The translations under genes and the position numbers were made by a program. A DNA stretch of 64,000 bases from the human T2T-CHM13v2.0 reference genome, Homo sapiens. The stretch lies in the NCBI RefSeq assembly GCF_009914755.1, contig NC_060942.1. One strand, 5' to 3'. The notes under the pieces are model-generated. The model was not told the DNA's origin, made no database searches, and worked only from the letters and a program-made list of their open reading frames with translations. Below are positions 1-16,417 of the stretch, one piece after another (the first letter of the stretch is position 1; each line of letters opens with the position of its first letter).

Positions 1-718
1 AGGACAAATGCCAAAATGCAATAATAAGTGAAGGTTGCAGTGCAAAAGAAATGTTGTATTTGTAAAGCCTTAGGTAGAATTTGCTCTCTAAATAGTAAGA
101 GAAATGACGCCGTCATCATGGGAGTGAAATTTCTGTTTGAAAACTGTAGGCTGTGACAAATTTCAATTTTCTTATCAATGCTCTTTATTTCCCATTTGCC
201 AAATGACCTTTATTTTAAATAATTATTATTTTATGCAATATTTAACATTTAAATATTAAAGTAATAACATTACTTTACAAAACAATAGTATCATTATCAT
301 CTTCACCATAATCTCCTTATCACTATAAAGTCATGTGATGCAGTCACCCCAAATTTTCTTTTCACACTGTGTTCATTCTGTATTCATTCTGAAAGAAACC
401 GGAAGCATATCTAGTGCAGACATCTCATGATTAAAACTATAAATAATTTTTAAACGTTTTTTCTGAGTATGATTAACAGATAAGAATGGAAGAATTATTT
501 ATTTAATGACTACACATGTTTCAATTTGTTCCTGTGATTTGAGGTTGTTTAAATTTATTGAATGTAACCGACCTTATAATAATGATCTATCCACCTACTC
601 TGCTAGCTAAGTATAATTCCATATATTTAACTCTGTGTGTAGGTCTGAGCACTTCTTTAAAATAGATTACTGACACCGGAATTAATATGGAAACATGCAA
701 GAATGCTGTTAAGCTGGG

Positions 719-1073
719 TGTATTAGTCCGTTCTCATACTGCTATGAAGAAATACCCAAGACTCAGTAATTTATACAAAAAAAGAGGTTTAATGGACTCA
801 CAGTTCCACATGGCTGGGGAGGCCTCACAATCATGGTGGAAGGCAAAAGAGAAGCAAAGTCACACGTTACATGGTGACACGCAAGACAGCCTGTGCAGGG
901 GAACTCCCCTTTATAAAACCATCGGATCTCGTGAGACTATCAGAAAAACAGCATGGGAAAGACCCACCCCTGTGATTCAATTACCTCCCACCGGGTCCCT
1001 CCCACGTCACATAGGGATTATAGAAGGTAAAATTCAAATGAGATTTGGGTGGGGACACAGCCAAACCATGTCA
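719..1073 (-). mobile_element. THE1-family (ERVL-MaLR) solo LTR
   Basis: Begins TGTATTAGTCCGTTCTC and ends GGGTGGGGACACAGCCAAACCATGTCA, the reverse complement of THE1 LTR termini. Flanked by 5-bp TSD ctggg/ttggg. Confidence 0.92.
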
Positions 1074-1599
1074 TTGGGCTGAGTTTGGTTCATACCCACT
1101 AGTTACTGCCAGATATTGCCTAAGTTTTGTGTAGTATTAGACACATGGACAAAAATCAGAATTTCTACTTTAATAAGTGGTCAGATCTAAAAAAAAAAAT
1201 TTAAAAATGAGTCCTATGTAATTGTTGCAAACATTTCCAGAATTCCTGTAACAAACACTTTCTACAAATCAGCATCCAGAGTGCTCCATGGTAAACTGAT
1301 GCAGCATGGGGAGCTGACGTTGCACAGTTGAGTATCAGCTGTGAGGGGCTCTAACTTTCTCTTATGGTGTTGGGAGACATGACCGTCTCTCCTGCCTTGG
1401 TGTTCCTTTAAGTGGTAATACGGCCTGTGAGACACAGAAACTGCTAAACCACCCATAGTCAGGAGCAGTGAGAAGCGTGAGAAATGAGGGGTCAGGTGGA
1501 TGCAAGTGTGGAAATCAGAAGCTGTGAGTAGTGTGAACTTCTTATCTACAGTGGCTTTGTCAGCTACTGTATGTTATGAGTCTGTAGCTCTTTATTTAC

Positions 1600-4100
<2,501 letters not shown>

Positions 4101-4144
4101 CTTTATACCAGACCCTGTTGCAGCAATATGTTTAAAAGAAAGCA

Positions 4145-6510
4145 CCCAGACTTCCGTGTTCAATTGGCATCTAGAGAGAAGCAAGAGACCTTGCTTCTAT
4201 CCTGACCATAAGGATAGCCTGGACAAGCTACAAACCCATCAGAGGGCTGAAGGTGCATACTTCATGGACTTAAGTCTAGAAATTAGCCAGTCATTTCCAA
4301 GCAAGGAGAGAGCCTCAGCTCCTTCCACTTTTTGTGGAGCACCATATTGAAGGATTACGGGGAAACCAGTGGACTTCTAAACGGCTTTTGTTGGCTGTGT
4401 GTAGGCTAGAATGACAGTTCAAAATCCCAAGTCATCCTGAGTCACCTGCTTTCTAAAGGCGGGAGGAGTGCAGCAGAGACAGCTAAGCACAAGCAAGACA
4501 GCCAGAAACAGGACTGCAAGGAAAAGCAAACTCCCAGCAACCAACCACAACACAGCCTGTAAAGGAGAAAAAGGCCTCCTGTGATGCAGAAAGACGCACC
4601 AGGACTTAAGAACAGAGAGGCATTTATAGCTCTCCAATACTTAGAGCTCAAGGCCTACAGAAAGTAAATACCTGATCTTGCCTCCAAAACATCTGAAGTC
4701 ACTGTTGATCAAAATCCAACTAGAGCTACAGCGAAGAAAGATGACCAGTTCAACTGCAGATTAGGTGAACATGTGCCCCACTTAATCAGCCTGACAGGAA
4801 AAGGGCATGCCATTTTCTAGGAAAATATTATTTATTTCAGTCTCGTCTGTTGTTTTATATACAATGTCTGGGACACAGTAAGAAATTAAAAGAAACAAGA
4901 AAAAGCAAGAAAATGTCACCCATGGTAAAGAGAGGAAGCAGTCAATAGAAGATGGAGAAGTTCAAGTATGGTATTATAAGTCATGAGCTTTAAAATTACT
5001 ATGATATAGTGGAAAAGTTGGACAACATGAGTGAAAAGATAGAGAAGTTTACCAGGGAGATCAAAATGATCTCCCTGCTAATCTTTAAAAAAATTAAAAA
5101 GGAAACCTGAAGACGAGGCAATACAAATGATCCACACTAAATCACAAGTAATAATAATAATGGCAAAAAACACGAGGAAACACAAATGATCCACACTAAA
5201 TCACAAATAATAATAATAATGGCAAAAAAAGAGGTAATACAAATGATCCACACTAAATCACAAATAATAATAATAATAATGGCAAAAAAGGTAATACAAA
5301 TGATCCACACTATCACAAATAATAATAATAATGGCAAAAAAGGTAATACAAATGATCCACACTAAATCACAAATAACAATAATAATGGCAACAAAGATGA
5401 GGCAGTACAAATGATCCACACTAAATCACAAATAATAACAACAATGGCAAAAACAGTGATAACAAGACCACACTAAATCACAAATAATAATAATGGCAAA
5501 AACAGTGATAACAAGATTGAGACTTGAGATTTGTGAGGCAGTATCGCCTTAACATACACATAGTTAGAGATCCAGAAGGAAAAGGGTGGATAGGGCAGGA
5601 AAAAAAATCTATGAAAAGATAATGGCTATGATTTTTGAATATTGATGAAACAAATCAACCCAGTGATCCAGAAAATCCGTGAAACTCAATAAAAAATACA
5701 AATAAAGAAACCTACATCTGGGAAGACCATATTCAAACTGCTGAAAACCCAAGATAAATTAAAAATCTGAAAAGCAAAATAAACAATAACACGAAAGAAA
5801 ACTGATTTTCAATGACAAAAATAAGCAAGAAGATAATAGTTGATAATAGTTTGACAATTTTAAATGCTGAAAGGCTAAAAATAAAGTAAAAAGAAAATTT
5901 ACAGACCAAAATTCTACATCCATCAAAATGTTCTTCACAAAATACTTTTTTCAGGTGAAAGAAAATTAAAAGGGTTAATGGCCTGCAGACCTTCCTTACA
6001 AGAAATGGTAACATAAGTTCCTCAGACCAAAAAGAAATCACACCAAACCTATAAGAAGAAACAGAACAAGAATGATAAATGTATTACTGTTCCTTTTACT
6101 TTCTTAATTTCTTTAAAAGACAGATGACCCTTTAAACCAAAATTTAATGCCATATTGTGGGATTATTATATATTAACAAAAGAACAAAGGACATTGCAAA
6201 GTTTTACATCGTATATGAAGCAGCACAATGATAAGCCCATGTATAGGAAGAAGGAAAAGAAGCATGTTGTAATCTATAGAAAATTAATAGAAAAGTCATG
6301 TAAAGACTTGTAGCTCAAAGTTAAACATAAGAATTAAATAAAAGAGACTACTAAAAGTATTTCTACCAAAAAAAAGGCAGGAAAAAAATCAAACAAATAC
6401 AAAGGTAGATGGCATGAATAGAAAACAAACATCAATATAAAAGCCTAAATAAACTTTCCCACATTAAATAAATGTATATAAACTAAATAATGAAATTAAA
6501 AGACAGAGAA
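4145..6510 (+). mobile_element. Ancient L1M (L1MD/ME-like) 5' region and ORF1 remnant
   Basis: A-rich plus strand with L1M ORF1-like phrases, e.g. aagcaagaaaatgtcacccat...gcagtcaatagaa, aaaattctacatccatcaaaa, aattaaaagacagaga. Confidence 0.7.
5111..5515. repeat. Minisatellite, 7 copies of a ~52-60 bp unit
   Basis: Repeated tacaaatgatccacactaaatcacaa(ata)nATGGCAAAAA with variable (AAT)n and A-run lengths. Confidence 0.95.
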
Positions 6511-6716
6511 TTGTGCCCAGCTGAACTCACCTAGTTCTGAATTTACTCTTGAGAGGAAGATGTGAAACTAACTCTAAGTCCGAAGCTGACTATGTAACTG
6601 TGAGCTCTCCGGATTAACTTCTGTACATACAACAATGATTATTAAAATAAGAGGAATAATATGTGCTCATTTGAAGCTCCATATGTATCTATATATAATT
6701 TTTAAAATATATATAT

Positions 6717-7013
6717 TTTTATTATACTTAAAGTTCTAGGGTACCTGTGCACAATGTGCAGGTTTGTTACATATGTATACCTGTGCCATGTTGGTGTGCT
6801 GCACCCATTAACTCATCATTTACATTAGGTATATCTCCTAATGTTATCCCTCCCCCCCCCACCCCACAACAGTCCCCAGTGTGTGATGTTCCCCTTCCTG
6901 TGTCCAAGTGTTCTCATTGTTCAATTCCCACCTATGAGTGAGAACATGCGGCGTTTGGTTTTTTGTCCTTGTGATAGTTTGCTGAGAATGATGGTTTCCA
7001 GCTTCATCCATGT
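6717..7013 (-). mobile_element. Young L1PA 3' end (5'-truncated, ~300 bp)
   Basis: ttattatacttaaagttctagggtac...gctgcacccattaactc...gagtgagaacatgcgg...cagcttcatccatgt is the antisense L1PA 3'UTR. Confidence 0.93.
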
Positions 7014-7859
7014 AAACTCAACAGTTACAGCAGCAACTGTTTAGAAAGTAGTCCTACAAGCAGTTATTTTAAAGAAGGAAATTGAACAGAATTGCAGCCA
7101 CAGAGAGACAAGGAAAGCAAGCATACTAAAGACAGCTTGTTATTAGTTCCAGTTTCTCTACAGCTGATGTACCTCCTCATTACCTGCAGCCATGATGGAC
7201 TGCTCCCTCAGCCCTGCCATCAGTAAGCCACGGTACCATCCTCTTTACAACATTCTTCCTATCAGTGTCTCATACCTGTAGGCTCCACACGTCTATCACC
7301 TCTAAGTCTCACTTTAGATGTTCTTTCATGTGGGAAGGATTTTTTTTACCCTAGTATTTGGGTTGGGTCCATTTCTAAAGTCCATCATGACCCCCTGTCA
7401 TTTCTCTGTCATTGTTCCCATCATGTGGATTTTCCCTAGTATATCTAATTTCCTACTATTTAATAGGAGTCAATGGAATTCACTAGAAATTAATATCTGT
7501 AGGAAAGGAAATCCCTCTCTCTGTCCACACACATCTCTCTACTTTAAAACTTAAATGAAACATAAGACACAGTACCTATCCCATGAGGAACACTCAATAA
7601 ATGTTGGACAAATAATTGGTAGAGTAGAAAATATTATCAATATACATAATGGAAATAATTGATTAATATTTGTAGGAAAATAAGGAAGAACTCTTACAGA
7701 ATTCAAAATAAATGAAAGACACATACAAGTTAAATGTTAAAAGAAAGCGTAAAAGAAATAGAGGAAAATCTGGGTGATTCATTATGTGGCAATACATGAG
7801 AGTGGGCTTTTTTGTCCTTTATACTTACGGTTTGTTTAAGTATAGTTTTACTCCTTACA

Positions 7860-9010
7860 ATTTTTCTAGCTTTCACAGTTAGCTCTGTTGTCCACCTCAA
7901 ATCATTTGTATACATGTGAAGAAGGGGAAGGCTTGATTGTTTTCCAATATCCAGTTCTTCAAGCACCAATTATTGAGATTTTAAAAAAGTTTCACCTCTG
8001 ATTTGCAGTGGAGCCTTTGCTATAAATCAGGTAGCTGTCCTCATGTCCTCATGTGGGTTTTCTAGACTCCATTTTAATTCCATTGGCATATTGTTTTCTC
8101 ATAGGCCAATACCAAGCTGCCTTACCTACCAGAAATTTTATTAATTTATGCAATTTCATGAAGTCACTTGTCTTGTTTTTCGTTGTGAATACTACCTAAG
8201 TAATTCTTTGGTGCTGCATTTGTCTATAAATTTAGAATCAGTCTGTCCATTGCCACAAAAAATACTGGAATATTGATTGATATTGCATTTAATGTATATC
8301 CAATTTGTAAAAAATGACATCTTAAAAGTGTTGCTTATTAAAATTCATGAACATAGAATAGTCTCTATCTTTTAAATCATCCTTAATTTCACTCAACAAT
8401 GTTTTGGAATTTCTAGTGTAGACGTTTTCAAAACTTTGGTTATATTTATTCTAAGTACTTCTTTTTTTAAATTACATTATATATAATACTGTTTTTTCAT
8501 TTTCTTTTATTTTTAAATGTTGGTAATAGAGACACTTAACTGATTTTGGATATTGACTTCGTATTCAGGAAACTTTTAACTTGTCATTTCTAAGTGTTTT
8601 TTATGGTTCTTTAGGTTTCTAGATACACAGTTATAACAACTTAGGAGAAAGATGGTTTTATGTCTTTTGTTCCAGTGTTAACATCTTTTCCTTTTCTCTT
8701 TCTGTTTCTTTGTTACAGTGCTGGGGTGTCTATGACAACATTGAGCATAAAACCCAATGGTGGATGCTCCAGCCTTCCTCCTGATCTCAGAGTGAAGGCA
8801 TCCAGTATTTCGCCGTGAACTGGATTATATCTACAGCATTTTGTAGCTGTCATTTGTCAGTTTGGGGAAGTACTTTTCTATTTTCAGCTTCTGAGAGTTT
8901 ATCATGAACAAGTGTTGAATTTTATCAAATGACTTTGGGCATCTAACAAGATGACTATATAGCTTATTTTCATCCCTTTAATGTAATAATTTACATTGGC
9001 TCATTTTAAA
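7860..9010 (-). mobile_element. Old L1M ORF2 fragment
   Basis: Antisense L1 ORF2 phrases: ataaatttagaatcagtctgtcc, attgattgatattgcatt, gtgttgaattttatcaaatg. Confidence 0.7.
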
Positions 9011-9024
9011 AGTAAATAAATGAA

Positions 9025-10330
9025 AAACAAAGTTGTAGAACTCACTGTTGCCAAATTCAAGACTTACTAGATAGACACATTAATCAGGATAGTGTAATGA
9101 ATGGTATAATTGTAGATAAAAGACCAACAGAATAAAATGGATATTCATTACACATCATCAACGGCTTTTCGGCAAATGTGCCAAGATGACTCAAAGGGGA
9201 CAGGAAAGTCTTTGGGGACAATTAGACACGTCAACAATCAGTTTAAACCATTGCATGTCTTCCTATACAAAAATTCAGTTCTGGTAGGCCCAGACACAAA
9301 AGGTAGAACCAGAAACTTGAGATAGGCAAATATTTCTTAGAAGAAAACAAGCACTAATCATAAAAGGGGAAAAAAGGAAATATTAGATGTAATTAAAATA
9401 CATCATTAAGAAAATGAATAAGCAGGTTACAGATTGTAAAAAAAATTGCAAGCCAAATATTTAATCCAATATACTTTTATTCAGAATATATAAAACTCTT
9501 AAATCAAAAATAGGAAGACTCAATCAAAAAAATAGGTAACAAAAATATATCACAAAGGAGATATAAGAATGTCCACTAGGTTTATGGAAAATATAAAGGA
9601 GATACTATTTCACACTTAGTAGAATGGCAAAAAAAAAAATCAATAAAAACCAGAAAACCCAGACACATCTAATTTTGGAGAGGATGTGTGTTGTAAGGAT
9701 TGAAGCCCTAACTCCTGAGAATGCAATTGTATTCGGAGGTACAGCCTTCAAGAAGGTATTAAGGTAAAATAAAGTCATCAGGATGGGTCTTAATCCAACA
9801 TGACTGCTGTCTTTGTAGGGAAAGAGCACAGAGAAAAGCCCACAGAAAGACACAGCAAGAAGATGGCCATCTACAAGCCAAGGAGAGGCCTCAGGAGAAA
9901 CCCACCCTCATGACACCTTGGCCTTGGACTCCCAGCCTCCAGGTTGGGATAAAATCAATGTTGGCTGTTTTAAGCCACCGAGTCCATGTCTTTCATTATG
10001 GCAGACTGAGCCAACCAATACCTTGTGGAGCAACTGGAACTATTGTGCATTGTTGGGGGAGTTAAAACAGCATAGTCCCCTGAAGACCCAGTGGCCGCTG
10101 TGTTTAAAGTTAAACATCCACTCTGTCTCAGCAGTTCCACTGTAAGGAAATGCACTTATCCAACGGAAGCGAGAGCCCACGTCCCAACAATGACATGGGA
10201 AATGGTGAATCAACGCAGGCTCTTGATGCATGGAGTGTATAGGAAGGGGGCGCACTCAACAGTGGAATGAAAGCTGGAAGAATGGGGAGTGCAAAAAACG
10301 GAAGAAATAAAAATCCATGTATCAGATGAA
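9025..10330 (+). mobile_element. Old L1ME-like 3' fragment interrupted by an MLT1 LTR
   Basis: Sense L1 phrases. The L1 motif gaggatgtggagcaactggaac is split exactly by the MLT1 insertion. Confidence 0.7.
9689..10022 (+). mobile_element. MLT1A/B-type MaLR solo LTR
   Basis: taatccaacatgactgctgtc, gatggccatctacaagccaaggagaggcctcaggagaaa, ttggactcccagcctccag, gttttaagccacc...aatac. TSD atgtg/ttgtg. Confidence 0.88.
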
Positions 10331-10560
10331 ATTGCTGTGAATAGAGGGAACATACAGAAATAAACTTAAGCATGGGCTGGTATTTTCTGACTGATTGGAT
10401 GATGTCTTTCAGCCCCTCTGGTTCCCCTCCCTCCAATTACGTTTATATTTGTCAGAAATACAAAAATTGCGAGGAATGGCTGGACTAGTGAAAGTTGTGA
10501 TAAACTATGGTTTGTTTTGCCAAGGACGCTACTACTAGTGACATCAATTGACATTTGGGA

Positions 10561-10660
10561 GTGTTGCCTAGGCTGGTCTGGAACCCCTGAGCTCAAGTGA
10601 TCCACCTGCCTGGGTCTCTCAAAGTGCTGGGATTACAGGCCTAAGCCACCACGCCCAGAC
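10561..10660 (-). mobile_element. Alu left-arm fragment (FLAM/AluJ)
   Basis: gttgcctaggctggtc...ctcaagtgatccacc...caaagtgctgggattacaggc...ccacgccc. Confidence 0.88.
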
Positions 10661-10794
10661 GATTGCTTTGTTCATTGTTGAATCCCACTACCTTGTACGT
10701 GATACTGCTCAGAAAGGTTTAATCTACCTGCTAGGATTCTGCGGATCCTCACTCATTCCACCATTGAGAGATTAAGGAAAACACAAAGAACAAT

Positions 10795-10910
10795 ATGCTA
10801 GGAACAGGACCAAGCCAGGAATCCAGGTTTCCTAGGTCGGGGCGCTGCTCTAAGACTGTGGGCACATCAGTTAACCTCTCAGTCTCCGGAGTCTTAAGCA
10901 TAATGGGATT
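10795..10910. mobile_element. MIR fragment
   Basis: MIR-core-like ctgctctaagactgtgggcacatcagttaacctctcagtctc. Confidence 0.45.
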
Positions 10911-13199
10911 CCCTCGGGGAATCCACAGTCCCTTCCAGTGAAGCCTCAGGTTCTTATAGGGTTTATCTGTTTCCTCATCTTAAGGAGAAAGAAACTATTT
11001 CCAGATAAAGAGAATAAACTAGTTTGAGTTGTTACAAGTATCCTACCTTAGTCATACTCACTGTAGAGATTTATGTAAAACTGCATCTCAGATTTGCACC
11101 CAGAATGCCGAAACACCCTAAAAAATTTCACCTGGAATTTTTAAACAGGACATCATGGAGGTGGAGACCGCAGAGGCCATGTAACCGTGACCTACTGGCT
11201 TCTAAATCTCACATCTCTGATCTTTTGAGAGAAGCACATGAAACGTACAGTAAGTGCTTTATTGCATAACCTCTCTGCCTCCTCTACGTTCCAACTTCAG
11301 AGGAGGCCTCTGCTGCTTACAGCCGCTTGAGTCTTGAAGACTCGATGGAGAGAGCCCAGTCTTCCCTAGATGGGAGCAGCTGTCTTGATTTTGCCTGTAT
11401 TTGCGTGTGAGGTTCAAACGAGCCTCCTATCCACTGCTGTCACCGCCATATTGATCGCCAGACCATCTCCCTGGACACCAGGTGGCCCGGTACGCTGTCC
11501 CCGGCCCAGACGGCTCCAGGGGCAGGAAGGCCACCCAGCAGCAGGGGCCCAGGGCTGGGGCAGCACGTGCGTCCAGGCATCTCAGGCCCTGGACTGTGGC
11601 GAGGATCAATGCACCAGCGGGAGCCTGCGTTTTATCTGTGATGTTTTTGAACATAAGTAGGAGTAAGGGCAGATTGAGGAGGAAAAAGACGTTCTTGAGC
11701 TGCATTAGAGAGAATCATACTTGGGAAGCTAAGGGCTCGGTTACGGCTCATTGTTCTTTGACAGCCTTTCCTCCCTTCCCCTCCCTTCACCTCCTTCTCT
11801 TCCTGACCTCCTTTGCCCTGGGGACCTGTGACACCAAGGAGAATATTGCTGAAAGTCAATCATACATTTTCACATCATAAATGCGCTGACCAGGAGACGT
11901 CCAGTGGCTTTGCAGCCCCACCATGAATGATGAGCAATTCCTAGAACGTTATCTGAGATGCTCTGGTTTGCGAAAACAACACAGTGTGCTCTGAAATGAA
12001 AACAGCATCGCCCCCGTGTAAAGAGAGCAGGCGCCAGAGTGAGGGCGGGGGTGGGTGTGTGTTTAATCCGATTCTGCACATCTGTCTTCACACAGTTGGA
12101 CTCCTTCACAAAAGTCACCCTAACTACCTTAACATATGTAGAACCAAATTAAAATTACTTTATCAATCTTGCATTTTCAGCTTTCCCGTCTTTGGGGTTA
12201 TTTTCCATCCATGTGTTTCATTATTTCAGTAAAGTCATCTCATCTCCCTAACTGAGAGAAATCAAACAGTGGAAGGCGAGCTACATGGCGGAGCTGCGGT
12301 GAGGGTGGAGGAGAGGGAAAGGGAATGTATAATTTATAAGCATTTCAGGTTTTTGTGCACATTCTCTTCTTAATGTTCTGCAATATTTTTGTAGTCAACC
12401 ATTTTTTCTTTATCTTTTCTCAAATAATATATGTTCCCTGAATTTGTTTCTTTCAATAAATTTCTTTTTGAGTTGAGATGGGATTTTGGAGTAGGGTGTA
12501 AAAAAGAATCTCTCCTTAAACGTTACACATTATCTTTCAAAGCAGTGACACACCCCTAAAACGATTTTGTAACATTTTTTGTGCAGGTGCTTTTGCAACA
12601 TCTCCTTGGAATGGTCGGGTCCAGCCCATTCTGCTTCTGTTGAGCCACAGCAGGTGAATCCAGGCAAAACGGGAAGAAAATGGAGCAAGCAAAGGACGCC
12701 AGAGGATGGCGGCGCCTGGAAGCATAAAACACAAATGGCACAGAAATGAAAAGGGGTGCCCCACTAGAATGTGGGTGCAAACTCACAGGAGTCGTTTCAC
12801 TGTGTCTTAAGGAGCTTATCCTTTAGGATACAGACGTTCACCACTGTCTTTCTTAGTCTTTCCCATTGTTCAGGCTCACATGAGGGTCATTTTATTCCAA
12901 CCGCCCCTTTCATCACGTCAGGACACTACGTGGAGTGCAATCAAGGCATAAATAAATCAAATGCAAAGGTTTGTCACTGCATGGGCACAGGCCCCTCATG
13001 ACCAACACCCTGAATCCAACGCATGCATTTGATTCATCATCTGACATGTGAGTTTTCTTATCTTTCAGTGTAGATATTTAGATGCTCAAAAATGTGATTG
13101 CTAGGTGGCTATAATTAACCCCTAATTAATAATAGGGAGCTAAATAATAATTTTTAAACTTTACAAATTGAAAGAAGCAACAAGAAAGAACAAGTAAGA

Positions 13200-14290
13200 A
13201 TAAATGCTTTTTCTCATAGAAACGTATTTTAATTTGGAACCCAATGACTTTCAAAATGTATTTTGTAAAGTTGCACCACACAGCGTAATAAAAAGAAACT
13301 CCAAGTTCCTTTTATGTTAAGGGGATCACCCATCTCGATTCACCCACAGAAGTCCAAATTGAGAGACACATGTTGGCAGATGTAGTGGTTGTTCATTTTC
13401 ACTGCTGTGTTGTGTTCCGTGAGTGAAAATGTCCGTTTCCTTATCTATAATCATGTGAGTCAACAGTTAAGCTTTTTCTGGTTTCATACAATTCCAGCAA
13501 TACTGCTGTGTAGGCTACTGTGCATGTGGAATGGTGTACCCGTGCAAATATTTCTCTGGGATACAAGGGCAGAAAAGAAGTTAGAGGATCATGAGAAATA
13601 GGCTAGAATGTATCCAAATGGTTTCCAAAGTGATTATTCCAATTGACAGTCTCACCGGTAAAGCTTCAGTCTTCTCAAGGATCCATCCTCACCAACAAGT
13701 AGAATTGTCAGACTTTTTAACTTTTGCCAATCTGGTGGGTGCAAATGGCATCTCATTATTGTTTTAATTTGCATTTCTCGGATTGATAATGAGGTTAAGC
13801 ATCTGTTCCTGTGTTTATTTGCCATATTTTTTCCTCTGCTGTGAACCTATTAGGCTGTTTGCCTTTTTATTACTGATTTGGAGAATTTTTTTAAATATAT
13901 TTTGATGATTAATTCTTTGTTAGTTAATTTTTTTGCAAATCTGCACTCACAGTATACAACTTGCCTTCTCACTGTTTTCCTTGTGTATTTTTGAGACATA
14001 AAGCTTCTTAATTTAATTGAGTTGAATTTCTTATTTTGTTTTCTTGTTTTTTTTTTTTTTTGCTTTAAGATATATGTTTTCTGTGCCTATTTTAATAAAT
14101 GCTTCCACATGTGAAGTTTGTAAAGTTACTGTACTGATTTTTCTTGTGACAGTCTCAAAGTTTTGTGATTCCTATGGATGTTCTCCATACACTAGAACTG
14201 ATCCGTATGAAGTGGTCTGGAATAAAATTTTAATTTTCCCCGTGGATATCCAATTTTCCCACACCAATTTTTAAATAGTCAATTTCTACC
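13200..14290 (-). mobile_element. L1ME-like 3' fragment
   Basis: ttttgccaatctggtgggtgcaaatggcatctcattattgttttaatttgcatttc and ggatatccaattttccca. Confidence 0.78.
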
Positions 14291-14410
14291 TAACTCCCTT
14301 GTGATTCTACCTCTCTTCCATGTTAAAGCACACTTTTCAAAGAGTTAAAAGCAATTTTTATGCAACTATACAGTCAGCTTTTGTCAAAAGTGCAGTAAGT
14401 CTTTAAAACA

Positions 14411-14652
14411 TTTTTTTAGAGACAGAGTCTTACTCTGTCACCCATGATAGAGTGCAGTGGCACTATCATGGCTCGCTGCAGCCTTAAACTCCTGGTCTCA
14501 AGTGATCCTCCTGTCTCAGCCTACCCGGTAGCTGAGGACTACAGGCATGCACTACCAAGCCCAGCTAATTCTTTGTTCTTTTTTCTAGAAATGGGGTCTC
14601 ACTATGTTGCCCCAGCTGGTCTTGATTACAGGTGTGAGACACCACACCCAGC
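14411..14652 (-). mobile_element. AluJ with internal deletion in the left arm
   Basis: agagacagagtcttactctgtcaccc...ctcaagtgatcctcc...ctggtcttga|ttacaggtgtgag (about 50 nt missing). Confidence 0.88.
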
Positions 14653-15001
14653 AAGATGTAGTAAACCTTTGATGAGGAAGCCAGTGAGATACCCAAGCTA
14701 CAATTATTGATGCATAAAGATTAAGTATAATTACTAGTGTAAGATGGTTAAGTTAAATACAAAACTGGCTAGCATCTCATAGGGCAATTAAACTTTAACC
14801 TTTGAAGTTATCTTCTCTACTGGACAGAAACTATTTACCTTTTCCCTAGACAACATCATTTGCATTGTACTAATTTTCTGCAAGTACATGTCTCGCTTTA
14901 CAGGGCTTGGGGTTTGGGTCTTTATCAAGAAATAGTGAGTCAAACAAAAATACATTTTCCCAAGAGATTCCTGTGAGATGGGTTGGTTAGATGATCTGGA
15001 C

Positions 15002-15185
15002 CAGTGGTTCTCAAACTTGAGCAAGCATGAGAATCACTTAGAGGCCTTGTTAAAACGCAGGTGCTGGGCGCCACCTCGAGTTTCGAATTTCAGACTCAGG
15101 TATGAGGCCCAAGAGTCTGCATTCCTTACCCGTTTCCAGGTGAGGTGGATGCTGCTGGCCGGATGCACATCCTGATAAGACTTTG
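15002..15185. mobile_element. MER5A (hAT-Charlie MITE)
   Basis: cagtggttctcaaacttgagc...agaatcac...ttgttaaaac...ggcccaagagtctgcatt...ccaggtga...gatgctgctgg. Confidence 0.88.
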
Positions 15186-15279
15186 TTAAGACCCAGAGCT
15201 ATCCTTCCGTCTCATGTCCCACATTGAGGTAATATTTCTTAATACACACATCAAGTCTCCACACACGCATGAATCTCTG

Positions 15280-15720
15280 GTGTTTTACTTTCTGTTCCAC
15301 TGATCTATGCCACAATGCCTGGTTACTACTGTTGTATTGTAAGTCTTGACACATGACAAGTGCATGAAATGCCCTCTTGTCTGTGTTGGCCACTTTGCTG
15401 TAAAAGCTACTTGGTTATCTGTGACTCTTTTTTCATATAGATTTTAGAGTCATCTTGGTAATGTCTGTAACAAACCTTATTGGTATTGTGAGTGAGTAGC
15501 ACTACAAATTTTGATATATTTTGTAGAAATTGGTATTTTTTTCTTCCACAATATTTCCTTCTATAAATAAGACATATCCCTTCATTTATTTACCTGTTTG
15601 TTAAAGCCTTTTAATAAAGCTTTGTCAATTTCTTCACAAACTTTTGCCCATTTATTTTTTTAGGTTTATTCCTAGGTATTTTGTTTGGTTATTTTAAAGA
15701 GTGTCTTTTTATAAAAATCA
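15280..15720 (-). mobile_element. Old L1M ORF2 fragment
   Basis: ttctgttccactgatctat, catatagattttagagtc, ggtttattcctaggtatttt. Confidence 0.6.
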
Positions 15721-15925
15721 CATTGGAATATTTATTTTATTTTTATTTATTCTGAGAGCTAGAATATTTAAACCTATTTCTAATTTTAACTTTTTGACTT
15801 TTTCCTTTTTGTTTCTTTTTTACATAATATTCCTTTGTTGCTTTCTTAATTTTTCTTTTTTTTAGTAAGATGGAATTTATGCACTCTATTTTCTTTTAGG
15901 AGTAATGATAGAAAATTAATCATGC

Positions 15926-16169
<244 letters not shown>

Positions 16170-16417
16170 TTAACATTAGAACAATATAAGAATTTTAGAA
16201 TTTATTTGCTATTGTTACATAAATTGTATGTCTATCAAGTTTTATAACCACCCAAATTAAACATTTATTGTATCACCAAAGTATATTTAAATGTGTGCAC
16301 ATAATTACCATGTTTTAAAAACTCACTCCTTCTTATGTTTGAGACATACCTTCAGTCTTCCTGAAGAACACTGGTACAATTTTCCTCCGTGAGGAATTGT
16401 TAATAGTAAACTGTGGC

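Noticed and set aside
687-1082. 131-aa ORF
   Set aside because: Antisense read of a THE1 LTR.
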